Origin: Octopus sinensis
Lineage: Eukaryota
Direction of reading: 5' to 3'
DNA length: 64,000 nucleotides
NCBI RefSeq assembly: GCF_006345805.1
Contig: NC_043011.1
Coordinates: 59,656,464-59,720,463, forward strand
In this document: piece by piece, positions 27,182-38,816 of the stretch
Position numbering within the stretch: the stretch's first letter is position 1
How the letters are laid out: every line of letters starts with the position of its first letter
The notes under the pieces: generated by a model
What the model was told of the DNA's origin: nothing
Databases searched by the model: none
Seen by the model: the letters and a program-made list of their open reading frames with translations, nothing else
Program-made: the position numbers and the translations under genes

Positions 27182-27409
27182 GTCTGTGTATCTATCTATC
27201 TATCTGTTGAAGAGCGTAGACTCGAAACGTTAAAGACTTGTTTTATTTATACTTCCTGAGCGCCATACTAATACAATTCTTTGTTTGTATTCCACCTGCC
27301 TTCGTTTTTTGTTTATTTCCGTAAACCTGCCTTCGTCTTTTGTCTATTTTCATAAAGCTTCCCGTTATATATATATATATATATATATATATGTCTGTCT
27401 ATCTATCTA

Positions 27410-27442
<33 letters not shown>

Positions 27443-27485
27443 GTCTGTCTATCTATCTATATATATCTGTCTGTCTATCTATCTA

Positions 27486-27547
<62 letters not shown>

Positions 27548-28169
27548 ATATCTGTCTGTCTATCTATCTATCTGTCTGTCAGCCTGTCTATCAATCTGTC
27601 AGTCTGTATGTCTACATGTATATATGTATGTATGTATGTACGTATGTATGTATGTGTGTACGTATGTATGTACGTATGTATGTGTGTATGTATGTATGCG
27701 CATTATAGCGCATACAAAGCCAGCCCCCGTTTGGCTTTCTTGTCGTTTTGTCGCATTACTTTCTCACGCATTGTTGTAAAACTGATAGAAATGCGCTGAC
27801 GTAATACAATTATATTTTTGTCAATATATATAGATATATAAAAAAAAGAAATTATACATTAAACCATTTCTAAAAAAGATTATTACAGAAAACTGAGGAA
27901 GTTCTCCTGAAAAGAAAATTTACTGCTAAATAAAAGAAGAAAACCCATTAGTTGAGCTTCTCGAAATATGTTAGAATATTGAAAGCCGGATTAATAAATG
28001 AAGTAGATATTAAAAATTATGAATGATGTTCTAGAAGGAAGCTGTTATAGACTTGTACATTTAATTCCTTCCTCTCCTTTAAGAGTTATGTGGACATCAA
28101 AAGGATAAGTGTTGTGGAGAGATTCTCCTCAAAAACCATTGGTAGTTTTTCTTTTATAGTTTGTCCTTC

Positions 28170-28535
28170 GCTTGTTTCAATCATTGGACGGCAGCCTCTG
28201 CTGGGGGCACCGCTTTGAAGGGTTTAAGTCGAACAATTCAACCTCGGTACTAGTTTTTTTTGGGGGGGGAGGGTTTTTTTGGGGTGGTGGTGAGTGTTTT
28301 TGTTTTGTTTCGTTAAGTTTGGTATCATTCATTAATTTTGCCGAACCGCTTGTTTCAATCATTGGATGGCAGCCTCTGCTGGGGGCACCGCTTTGAAGGG
28401 TTTAAGTCGAACAATTCAACCTCGGTACTAGTTTTTTTTTTTTGGAGGGGTTTTTTTGGGGTGGGAGTGAGTGTTTTTGTTTTGTTTCGTTAAGTTTGGT
28501 ACTTACTCTATCATTAATTTTGCCGAACCGCTAGG
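28170..28535. repeat. 178-bp tandem duplication of a SINE-B 3' end
   Basis: cttgtttcaatcattgga... recurs at about 28170 and 28348 and is nearly identical. Confidence 0.9.
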
Positions 28536-29699
28536 TTACTCTGCCACGAACAAATTTACACTGGTTGTCAAGCGGTGAATAGGGGCCAGACACAAATTTA
28601 ATCGAAAAGTATTAAATTTAATTAGCATATTTTAATAAAATTATTATTACTTGAGTCTTCATATACTAAAATCCTTCAAATTTATGCATTATCATCTCTA
28701 TTTGATATGAAATTAGGCTCCGAGCTGGCAGAATCGTTAGCGCGCCGGAAGCAATGCTTAGCGGTGTTTCGTTTGTCTCTTCGTTCTGTGTTCAAATTTC
28801 ATCGAGGTTGTCTTTGCCTTTGTTCGTTTCGAAGATGATAGAATAAGTACCAGGGATCCACTGGGGTCGATGTAATCGACTTACCCCCTCTCCGAAAACT
28901 TTGTCCCTTGTGACTATAGTAGAAAGGAATATTTGATACGAAATTAGGCGCCGAGCTGGCAGAATCGTTACGGCGCCGGGGAAATGCTTTGTGGCATTTC
29001 GTTCGTCTTTATGTTCTGAGTTCAAATTCCACTGACGTTACCTTTGCCAGTTAAACACTGGGGTCAATGCAATCGACTTGGCCCTCCCTCTCTCCTGAAA
29101 TTTATGGCTTTGTGCCTAAATTTGAAATCAATAATTGATATGACAATTTCCGAAGTGATCGACCCTGAGATGCAATGATTAATGAACGCTTTTAAAAGCT
29201 AATCTCCGAATCAGTTGAATCTATTTCGATTTCGGCATCCACCTAAATCTCAAAAGCCATCAGATCATCTTCAAAATGTATTATAAATCTTTAGCGTTAC
29301 GAGTATTCTTTATTTATTCTTCATTAATTTGTAGGTTTGAATTTAAATTCCAGTGAGGCGCATGCGTACCTGTGTCGTAAGAAGCTTGCTTCCCAAACAC
29401 TTGGTTCCGGGTTCAGTCCCACAGCATTCCCTAGGTGTCACGCAGTGGGACTGAACCAAGGTCAATCAAAGCCTTGTGTGTTAGATTTGGTAGACGAACA
29501 CCAGCATGCTTCAAGTGCTGATGCCTTTAAAAAAGACTACCAAAATCTCCAGCTAAATATATACATGGCTAAAAGCGGGCTAGTGAGAGAAAATTAAAAA
29601 GTCCTCACGTTGGTTGTGAATCGGCTCCAATTTCTGGATTAAAGCAAAAAATAAGCTTCCTTCCTTTGTCAACACAATAATTATATATATATATATAAT

Positions 29700-30200
29700 A
29701 AAATACAAAATGGGACAAGACCGCAAAACATCAGACAACTAGGTGATACAAAAAGGGACCACAAAACATGCAGATAGACGATACAAAAAAACACTGATTC
29801 GAGCCTTTTATCTTCAGTCAAGAACCGGATCATCCTCGCAATTTCGGCTGATTAATCTTAAGATTGCTCCAATCTGGCCAGCCCCAAGGAAAAAATTAGC
29901 TAAGAGCATTAGATTCCTTGGAAAAAAAGCATTGAATGTATACGAAACAATGACGGAAAAACGGACGATGTTACACGAATATAAATACAAAAATTATACA
30001 AAAAAACAATAATAATAATAATAATAACAGGACATAACAACAGGCGTCTTTCGACTGGAGACGAATTGAATTCAGTTGGCGTGTTGGGAATTAAGCCTTA
30101 CGGCAGAGGAAAGGTGCCGATGTGACAGTGACCGTGGTCAAACGCAAAAGGGTTAGCAATCGGCCAACGGTTACGTGAGAAGAGAAGAGAGAGAGGTGAG
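29700..30200. repeat. Unclassified interspersed repeat next to (TA)n, possibly Penelope-like terminal repeat
   Basis: Begins abruptly at a (TA)n tract, like the other Penelope-like fragments here (24582-24780, 27207-27365, 14790-15100); no ORF. Confidence 0.3.
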
Positions 30201-30431
30201 AACTTTCACTGAATAATTTTTCTTACTCTTTGAAAAAAAGTTTATACTGAAATTATTTTGTGTTTAACTAAAAAAAAGCAAAAACTTTGAAGAAATTGAA
30301 AAAAAAAATTGCTTGAACCGAAATCTGTTTCGAGTTTAATTTTAAAATACATAAATTTTAAGAAATTGTTGCTCTTACTACGATGTCATACCTTCGAATT
30401 AATTATTGCGAATATCGGTGCCCCAAAAATA

Positions 30432-31226
30432 ATGACTCACTACCGAAAAAGAAAACTGAAGCAATCATTGCTGAATTTCCAATCTGATTCATCTAATAAT
30501 ACTAAGCAGAAGAGAATTGGAAACGAAGTTTCGCGGCTCAAGGGAGGTCTTGCAAAGTCTTTGACGCCCTCATTGGATGATCTACGACAACCAGTCGACT
30601 GCCAACCAGTGCAGCCAGTTCTAGCAAAGTTTGATCCAAACATTTATGGAAATCAGAGACGTGACTTCTCGTCAAACTCGTATACTGGTCGTTTATGGTT
30701 AGAGTATTCTCTTTCAAAGACAGCCTTGTCTTGTTTTGCTTCTCGGCACTTTAATACTTCTGCTCAAGCTGATACTTGTTTTATTAAGAATGGATATTCT
30801 AATTGGCATCATGCAAAAAAAAAACAAAAAAAAAACAAAGGTTTAAATAAGCTCGCAAACTCTGCATCCCATATCCAAGCTATGGTGACATGGAAGGAAC
30901 GCCAACAGCGTTTATCCACAACAACTTCCGTGTCTTCAATCTTGCAAAATGATCAGTTGAACAGAAACCGTTATTATATCAGTTTCATTGTTGATATTGT
31001 TCGTTTTCTTTGTGCAAACGAATTACCTTTTCGAGGAAACGGAAATGAAGCTTTTCAGGATCTTTATTCGGAAGATGACACGCAGCCTTGTGGTCTTTTT
31101 ATGAAATTATTCCAGTACACATCAGAGAAAGACTCTAAGCTAATGGAATGTTACAGCACGATTCCAAAAAATGCGACCTACACCTCAGCAGCAATGCAAA
31201 ACGAAATCATCGAATTGTTGAGAAGA
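30432..31226 (+). mobile_element. Truncated hAT-family (ZMYM1/DUF4371-like) transposase, N-terminal half
   Basis: Inside ORF 30309-31283: WLEYSLSKTALSCF (TTF finger), GYSNW, SHIQAM..W, FLCANELPFRG, ATYTSAAMQNEIIELL; ends before the catalytic DDE region. Confidence 0.85.
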
Positions 31227-31659
31227 CCCACTGTCAGCCTCGTGGTCGATGTTTATTTGAAATTATATAAAAATAACCTTTAAAGATTTGGCTGTTATCT
31301 CTAGCATGTAGAAAGACCTTTTAGGCTTAACTATGTGCTTGTTGAAAATCATTAAAAAAAATATTAGAGTCGATACATTCGACTAAAAATTCTTCGAGGT
31401 AATGCCCCAGCATGGCCTCAGTTTAATGATTGCAACAAGTAAAATGAAAATAAAAACGAAATATATCAGAAGTTTTGACCAGATAAGGCATCAAGAAATG
31501 TGAAAAGAAAAACTAAAATTTAACCGAAAAATATAAGTATGGGGCTTTTGTCCACTTTCACACTTTAAGTAGGGGCTTTTGTCTGTACCCCTGTTCCGCA
31601 CCCCCAGTTGCAATTGGCTGGGTATGTGACTGGTTGGAAGCTTGATACATCCTGAAAAT

Positions 31660-31930
31660 ATCACAGTGTCAGCCAGACCATCAGATGCTGTTATAACCCG
31701 CTTGGCACGATGCGCTTCCAATTCTGTCTTGGTTGCCCCATTGTTTCCCCTTTTCACCCAAATCACCTCACTAAATTGTCTTCTGATCATCATGGGGACG
31801 TTCCAAGCGGTCTTTTCCAGTTTCTTGGTTGCCACCCGGCAAGTGCACGTGTTTACTTGTTGTCGGTAAACCTTGCAACATGTGCAACGCAGCGGAGTCT
31901 GTGCTTTTGGTACTCTGCGATGACATTGTT
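31660..31930 (-). mobile_element. Decayed RTE LINE C-terminal fragment
   Basis: VNNVIAEYQKHRLRCVAHVARFTDNK*TRALAGWQPRNWKRPLG resembles the RTE LRWAGHVAR...RPRGRP segment. Confidence 0.65.
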
Positions 31931-31936
31931 CACTCC

Positions 31937-32470
31937 GCTCCATCTTCATCATTGTTTAACGTCCGCTTTCCATGTTAGCATGGGTTGGACGATTTTGACT
32001 GAGGGCTGGCAAACCAGATGGCTGCACAGAGGCTTCAATCTTGATCTGGCAGAGTTTCTACAGCTGGATGCCCTTCCTAATGCCTACCACTCCAAGAGTG
32101 TAGTGGGTGCTTTTTATGTGCCACCAGCACAGGGGCCAGTCAGGCGGCACTGGCAATGACCTCGCTCGAATCTTTTTGCACATGCCACCAGCACAGGTGC
32201 CAGTAAGGCGACGTTGGTAACGATCACGCTCGAATGGTGCCCCTTTAAGTTCCACTGGCATGGAAGCCAGTTGGCTGCTCTGGCAACGATCACGCTCGGA
32301 TGGTGCTCTTGGCACCCTACTAGCACGGGCACAAGTGCCAGTAAGGCGACACTGGTAACGATCACGCTGGAATGGTGGCTTTTAAATGCCACTGGCACTG
32401 AAGCCGGTTAGCCGCTCTGTCAATGATCACACTTGTATGGTGCTCTCTGCACCCTGCTAGCACGGACGCT
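31937..32470 (-). mobile_element. RTE 3'UTR-only copy
   Basis: Reverse complement of the 3'UTR at about 44800-45200 (ggatgcccttcctaatgc..., (cat)n tail). Confidence 0.85.
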
Positions 32471-33195
32471 AATCTCATTTCAAAATCTCGTAATTCTGAA
32501 TCCTGAAAATAAAACGCCCTGGAATATCTGGTCAATTCTTTGAGTTCCATAGTTCAACTCTCTGTCCCATATACAAAGTTAAGACCACCAACTAATTTCA
32601 CCCCGCCTCTACTGGTTCCCACTTGTTAGACCATTGTAATAGGTTGGCTACACAAAATAATGTTCTTTTCTACTCTAGGAACAAGGCCCCAAATTGTTTT
32701 CGGTGGAGCCGGCCAGTCGATTAGATCGAACCCAGTACGCAACTGGCACTTAATTTATCGACTCTGAAAGGATGAAAGGCAAAGTCAACCTCGTCGGAAT
32801 TTGAACTCAGAACGTAACGGCAGACGAAATACCTATTTCTTTACTACCCATAAGGGGTTAAACACAGAGGAGACAAACGGATTAAGTCGATTACATTGAC
32901 CCCAGTGCGTAACTGGTACTTAATTTATCGACTCCGAAAAGATGAAACGCAAAGTCAACCTCGGTGGAATTTGAACTCAGAACTTTCCGGATATATCCGC
33001 CATGAACCGAACCCACAACCTTACGATTTTGAGCCACGTGCCTTCACAACATTTACAGGCTTTATATAAATGTATATTTGTCTTACTACCATCACTTTAC
33101 AACCGGTGTTGGCTTGTTTACGTCGTCGTGACTCAGCCAAAGTGATCCGTAAAATAAATACAGGAGTCGATCTGTTTGACTAAATGCCTTCCAGG

Positions 33196-33435
33196 GTACT
33201 ATTTAAGAAGAGTGGTCCCGGTGCGCGCACTTGCGCATCCGCACTAGTCGATTCTACAACGACTACCTAGCAAAGTAAATAAAACACAAAATAAATAATT
33301 TTTTTAAACAAAATAAATAAAACACAAAAAGTAATTTTTCTAAACAAAGTAAATAAAATACAAAAACACAAAGGATCGACTAGTTACGACTAGCTAGCTC
33401 GCATGCGCACCGGGACAACTCTCCTTAAATAGTGC
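33196..33435. mobile_element. 240-bp MITE inserted into a SINE tail, 5-bp TSD CCAGG
   Basis: TIRs G(T/C)ACTATTTAAG(A/G)AGAGT(G/T)GTCCCGGTGCGC; CCAGG at 33191-33195 and 33436-33440; removing the element restores the SINE tail. Confidence 0.8.
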
Positions 33436-34174
33436 CCAGGCGGTGCCTTCGCAATGCCACAGTCCAATGACAGAAACGAGTAAAAGATAAGAGTATTATA
33501 GTCTAAGACTCCTTCCTCTTCGAATAAAATTCCTTTTGGAACCAGTACAATAATCTTAACGTCTCTCTCCTCCAAACGCGCAGTGAAAGTCTTTCTCTTC
33601 CTGAAAAGCCATCCAATAACGCCTAATGTTCGGTTTCCATTCCACCATTCAGCTCAGAGCAGCACGCCGTAGTTTCGTTTGGCAAAAAAAGAAAAAAGGA
33701 GCGAACCATGGGAGACGGGTAAGAAGTAAAAACTGAAGAAGACAATGAATCTTCAAATAAGCTTGGTTATTGTCCCCTTCGTTTGCCTCGCAGGAGAATA
33801 ACATCAATCAACTCTGAACACACATCTTCATATTCAATTCATCCGAAATACTGGGAGCGAAAACTTAAACGAATTTTTGTTTTATCAAGGGAAGTAACTT
33901 ATGATATAAATTTACGATTTACTTCCCTTAGATCTATAAATTTCAATCTTTTCCCGTTTAGTTCTGGCCTGCTCAAAAGTGGCATAATTATCTTATATAT
34001 CTGCACGTTCGAGCCAACTAATTTAACTGCTATTTCTAATAAATACATTTATACTCTTCTTTTGAAAAGTAGACGCCAGTTCTCAATCAATTTTTTTATA
34101 TTTCTGGCTAGCAAGACTAACCTGATCTCCTTGTCCATAAATTGTGTACGCATACATATACAGATATCTTTCGT

Positions 34175-34475
34175 CTCATCATCATCGTTTAACGTCTGCT
34201 TTCCGTGCTAGCATGGGTTGGACGGTTCGACCGGGGTCTGGGATTGCAGGAGGCTGCACCAGGCTCCAGTCTGATCTGACAGTGTTTCTACAGCTGGATG
34301 CCCTTCCTAATGCCAACCACTCCAAGAGTGTAGTGGGTGCTTCTTACGTGCCACTGGCACAGGTGCCAGGGGAGGCTGGCAGCAGCCACGATCGGTTGAT
34401 GCTTTTTACATGCCAACGGCACAGAAGCCAGTGAAGGCAGCGCTGGCATCGGCCACGTTCGGATGGTGCTTTTTA
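34175..34475 (-). mobile_element. RTE 3'UTR-only copy
   Basis: Same 3'UTR sequence and (cat)n tail. Confidence 0.85.
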
Positions 34476-34909
34476 CTAGCCGCCCACAGTGGAATTCCTG
34501 TCGTAGATCCAAAGGAAATATATCAGAAGCATGGATGACACCAGGTAGCCCAAAACTGAACGTGCTTTACTCAACATACTGACATATACTCATTAGTCCC
34601 CAAAATTACATCTTAACATCATGAGTACAACACTTGAACTGCTAGGCAAAATATTCTTCTCTATTCTAGGCACAAAGCCCAACATTTTTGGGGAGGGGGT
34701 CAGTGCCAGTCGATTAAATCAACACCAGCATGCAACTGGTGCTTAATTTATCGATTCCGAAAGGATGAAAGGCTAAGTCAAGACTTCGGCAGAATTTGAA
34801 CTCAGAACTTTAAGTTTCTGCCAGCTCACCGTCTTGAACAGCAAAATATTAAAAGAAAAACACCCAATGAAACTCTGGTATTTAAAAAAAAATGATAAAA
34901 AATAAAAGT

Positions 34910-34915
34910 TTTATT
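34910..34915 (-). terminator. Polyadenylation signal AATAAA of the securin-like gene
   Basis: Plus-strand tttatt at 34910-34915, followed on the minus strand by a U-rich tract. Confidence 0.5.
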
Positions 34916-34968
34916 TTACAGAAAAGTTTAAAAGAGGAGAGTTGCAAAGAGAGAGGTTTAGGGTTCGT

Positions 34969-35102
34969 TTAACACCCAACATCTGAGTCCGACAGGAGGA
35001 CAAGTTCATCGATGTCTGGTATTGATAGATCTTCGGCTTCAGGTTGGACGGACTGGATTTCAGTGGTAGAGTATAAAGCTTTCTCAAAGATATCACCGGT
35101 TT
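34969..35102 (-). CDS. Securin-like gene, terminal coding exon ETGDIFEKAL...SDSDVGC*
   Basis: Very strong acceptor ttttctttttcttttttttag|; phase 1 matches the previous exon; TAA at 34969-34971; AATAAA about 53 nt downstream. Confidence 0.8.
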
Positions 35103-35553
35103 CTAAAAAAAGAAAAAGAAAATGGGAGAATGATAGTTTGCACAAATGCAATAACGAAAAGTATAAGCAAACATGACCAAAAAAACTCAAAGGATTTTGT
35201 ACCTTTGAACCCTTAGCTATTTAACCCAGCCATATCAGATTGAAATATTTCACCTGTTTTAGGTTCAAACTGGCCAGATCCAGCCTTTCACACCTACCCT
35301 ACAATGTCATTCTAAACATAAACAGTCAAAAACCATTGAAATCTCCAAACTAAAAGATAATGTATGATTTATTCAAAATAATCTTTACGATTATAGGCAA
35401 GGCACAAGGCCTGAAAAAGACACCATTCAAACGTGATTGTTACCAACGTCGCCTTACTGGCACCTGTGCCATGTGCACCATACGGCATAGTGGTTAAGAG
35501 CGCAGGCTACTAACCCAAAGATTCTGAGTTCGATTTCAGGCAGTGACCTGAAT

Positions 35554-35785
35554 CATCATCATCATCATCGTTTAACGTCCACTTTCCATGCTAGCATGGG
35601 TTGGACGATTTTGACTGAGGGCTGGAGAACCAGATGGCTGCACCAGGCTTCAATCTTGATCTGGCAGAGTTTCTACAGCTGGATGCCCTTCCTAACGCCA
35701 ACCACTCCGAGAGTGTAGTGGATGCTTTTACGTGCCAGTCAGGCGATACTGGCAACAACCTCGCTCGAATCTTTTACACATGCCA
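35554..35785 (-). mobile_element. RTE 3'UTR-only copy inserted in the linker of a tRNA-head SINE
   Basis: Same 3'UTR; flanked by SINE head sequence on both sides. Confidence 0.85.
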
Positions 35786-35879
35786 GCTACTAACCCCAAC
35801 ATTCCGTGTTCGATTCCAGGCAGTGACCTGAATAATAATAAGAAGAAATAAAATAAAGCAGTAAATAGAAAACTGCTTC

Positions 35880-36110
35880 AAGAGATGAGGGGCAAGCAAC
35901 TGAGATTTCTTGGTCATGTGATGAGGAAAGATGATCTGGAGATTTTAGTGATGTCCAAACAGATTAAAGATGATTAAGGAAAAGGATGATATGAAGGTTA
36001 AGCTTGAGGAACTGGGTGGAAGAGGTTCCATGGCCTGAATCACTTTCCACACTTTGCCATGAAGTGGAACTGCTACAGCAAAACAAAGAACAGAGAATTT
36101 GTGACAGGAC
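35880..36110 (+). mobile_element. Decayed RTE LINE C-terminal fragment
   Basis: KQLRFLGHVMRKDDLEILVM motif. Confidence 0.6.
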
Positions 36111-36167
36111 ATGATTAGTTATGTCCTACATTCTGGACATGACATCTAAGGAAGAAATAAGCCATAC

Positions 36168-36323
36168 CTGAAAGTATTGGCAACTCTTCATCGTCCGAGA
36201 TTCCGTGGTCCGAATCACTTACTCCACTTTGCCAAATTTGAAAACAAGATGACTTCCAGCTTAAAAGTTTGTCTAAGTAGGAACTGGCTCGCTCTTTCTT
36301 GGGCCAAATATCTTCATAGGTGT
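36168..36323 (-). CDS. Securin-like gene, exon DTYEDIWPKKERASSYLDKLLSWK...DDEELPILS
   Basis: Acceptor ttttcatattttttcag|; donor TCAG|gtatgg; 156 nt open, phase 1/1. Confidence 0.85.
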
Positions 36324-36809
36324 CTGAAAAAAATATGAAAACCATAATTATAAACAGTAAACAGAAACAAAAAAAAAAATCATGTTTTTAAACCATGCCA
36401 GGTGTGGTAGTGTGGCTATGTGGTTAATAAGTTCAACCAGCAACCATGTGATTTCAGGTTCAATCCCACAGTGTCTTGGGCAAATGTCTTCTACTACAAC
36501 CCTAGGTTGACCAATGGCTTGTGAGTGACAATGGTAGATGGAAACAGAATAGAAGTTCATAGAGAGAGCATGTGTGTGTGTGTGTGTGCATGTAGAGGGA
36601 GGGGGTCAGACTGTTGGTGCTATATTAGAGATATTTGCCAAAGGTGGGGCCAAACAGTGGGACTGAAACCAAGACGTAAATGTCAGGAAGCAAGCCTGTC
36701 AACCAGACAGCCATGACTGTAAGGCTGCCAATGCATTTGTCTAATACAATTCACTCACAAGCTGATGGTGAACCCAAGGTATTCTATAGTGGGAGTGAAC
36801 CTGACACCA

Positions 36810-37330
36810 CATCATCATCATCATCGTCATCATTTAGCGTCCGTTTTCCATGCTAGGATGGGTTGGACGGTTCAACTGGGGTTTGTGAAGCCGGAAGGCT
36901 TCATCAGGCCCAGTCAGATCTGGCAGTGTTTCTACGGCTGGATGCCCTTCCTAACGCCAACCACTCCGTGAGTGTAGTGGGTGCTTTTTACGTGCCACCT
37001 GCACAGGTGCCAGACGAGGCTGGCAAACGGCCACGAACGGATGGTGCTTTTACGTGCCACCGGCACGGGGGCCAGGCAAGGCTGGCAACGGACACGAACG
37101 GATGGTGCTTTTACGTGCCACCGGCACGGGGGCCAAGCGAGGCTGGCAACGGACATGAGCGGATGGTGCTACGTGCCAACGGCACGGGGGCCAGGCGAGG
37201 CTGGCAGCGGACACAAACGGATGTTGCTTTTATGTGCCATCGGCACGGAGGCCAGACGGGGCGGCGCCGACTACGATCGGATGGTTCGCTTAACCACAGC
37301 TGCAATTTCCACTGATGTTGATCGGCCTCA
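36810..37330 (-). mobile_element. RTE 3'UTR-only copy with about 6 units of the ~60-bp VNTR
   Basis: The ggtgcttttacgtgcc motif recurs near 36981, 37043, 37104, 37165, 37222 and 37283. Confidence 0.85.
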
Positions 37331-37475
37331 ATTTTGGTTCTGCTTTCTGATATCTGATTTGATTTGGTTTGATTTTGATTGTTCTCACATGGTAGCAAAA
37401 TGGATTTCTTAAGTACAGACCAATGGCTTGATATAACACAGTACTGACTCCAATAATAATTTGTGCTTTCATTAC

Positions 37476-37505
37476 CTGACAGTCTGCAAATGTTTGTTTC
37501 AATTT
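37476..37505 (-). CDS. Possible 30-nt cassette micro-exon of the securin-like gene (EIETNICRLS)
   Basis: Donor TCAG|gtaatg; acceptor ttcctcttgctggccttgtgatag|; symmetric phase 1/1, so it can be included or skipped without a frameshift. Confidence 0.3.
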
Positions 37506-37830
37506 CTATCACAAGGCCAGCAAGAGGAATGTTGGCCAAAATGTGAACAATTAAGGGGAATATACTATTGACCAATTTGTTAAAAATGTCAATGGAAAAT
37601 ATATGGCTAACACTCAAGCTGACAATACAGAAATATCTGAAGTAATTTTTTAAAAATCAAGTCGTCATTTCACATGGAATTTCATCTTCATACCACTGGC
37701 TCTGATGAGGCTTATATAAGGGAATTGAATTGTTTGTATATCAAAAAATGATGAATATGATGATGACCAATTTCATTCTTGGACATCTAGACATTTTGAA
37801 TGAAAACAACTGATATCAAATAACATTTAC

Positions 37831-37954
37831 CGTTTTCCTGTGGCAGCCTGTGTGCTTTCTCAATATCATCATGGAAAGCCAGATTCTTACTTGTTGTCGT
37901 CAGAGAACTTTTGACTGGTTTCTCAAAACCTTTCTTTGGTTTGAAATCTTGTTT
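37831..37954 (-). CDS. Securin-like gene, exon KQDFKPKKGF...FHDDIEKAHRLPQEN
   Basis: Acceptor tttctgcttttcttgttacag|; donor AACG|gtaaat; 124 nt, only one open frame, phase 0 to 1; carries a DIE motif like the separase-binding motif of securins. Confidence 0.8.
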
Positions 37955-38060
37955 CTGTAACAAGAAAAGCAGAAATATTTAGAACTGACATTTTTTTTAG
38001 AAATTCTTATAAATAACAACAACAATGGTAGCACCAGCTCAAAGACAAAGAACAACTTAC

Positions 38061-38253
38061 CAATCCATTCTCTGAAATACTGGCTAAAGCACGACGATTC
38101 TTCTTCTTCTTACAAGATTCTTTTTCAGGATTTTGCTCTCCAAGAAAACCTGGTTTTGACAATGGAGTTTGTCCGTATGCACGTTTTTATTAACATCCCC
38201 CAGAGCACGGCGAGGCGTGGCAAAGTTCTCTTGGAGTTCTTTCTGGTTAGAAG
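38061..38253 (-). CDS. Securin-like gene, exon with two D-boxes (RRALGDVN, RRALASISEN); apparent 1-nt frameshift at T5 run 38184-38188
   Basis: Acceptor cttttattgacag|CTTC; donor TTG|gtaagt. The 5' half reads SNQKELQENFATPRRALGDVNK. The 3' half reads KRAYGQTPLSKPGFLGEQNPEKESCKKKKNRRALASISENGL in another frame. One extra A in the A5 run joins them and restores both splice phases. Confidence 0.75.
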
Positions 38254-38816
38254 CTGTCAATAAAAGTCTAAAATTAAAACCTTGACCAATAATTAGTTGC
38301 AGAATTTCATATTACAGTCGTTATTTTTATTTTGTCTCATTTTCAGTAGCCATGATAGTAATGCTTGGCTAACAAATAGTTTGGGGTTCAATGCCAGGGT
38401 GTGACACCTGAGTCAAGTGTCTTCTATAACTGCCCCACCATTAGTAATGCCTTATCAGTGAATTTTGAAGACAGAAACTTAGTGAAAGCTCACCACGCAG
38501 AAAGGTGAGTATGGATTAGATGGGTGCTGATGAAGGGGCAACCACAACCCCCAAAATATGGCATAGATACTCATTACCCATTTTTGTCTTTGATCTCAGT
38601 GTTTGGTTACATCTGACATCTTGATATAAAACGTTGCAGCAAAAATCAATGCTGTCTAGAATGATCTTTAGAAATAAGCTTAACAAAATAATGTAAAGTG
38701 CACTGCTAACACAGTAGAACAAGTTATTGACTTGTAAAAACATTTAACATACTTTATAGTATGTTATGGTTACATGACAAAACACCTCATACCTACAAAT
38801 CATTAATATAAACATA

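Noticed and set aside
29785-29830. Minus-strand CTGAAGA...GAAT hammerhead-like motif
   Set aside because: Lacks GAAA and a convincing stem III or cleavage triplet.
37111-37617. 168-aa minus ORF or a long exon ending at donor 37476
   Set aside because: Long versions start in phase 2, incompatible with the phase-1 end of the upstream exon; the remainder runs into an RTE 3'UTR. Only the 30-nt micro-exon is retained as a candidate.
37700-37730. CTGATGAGGC hammerhead-like core
   Set aside because: No stem II or GAAA follows.
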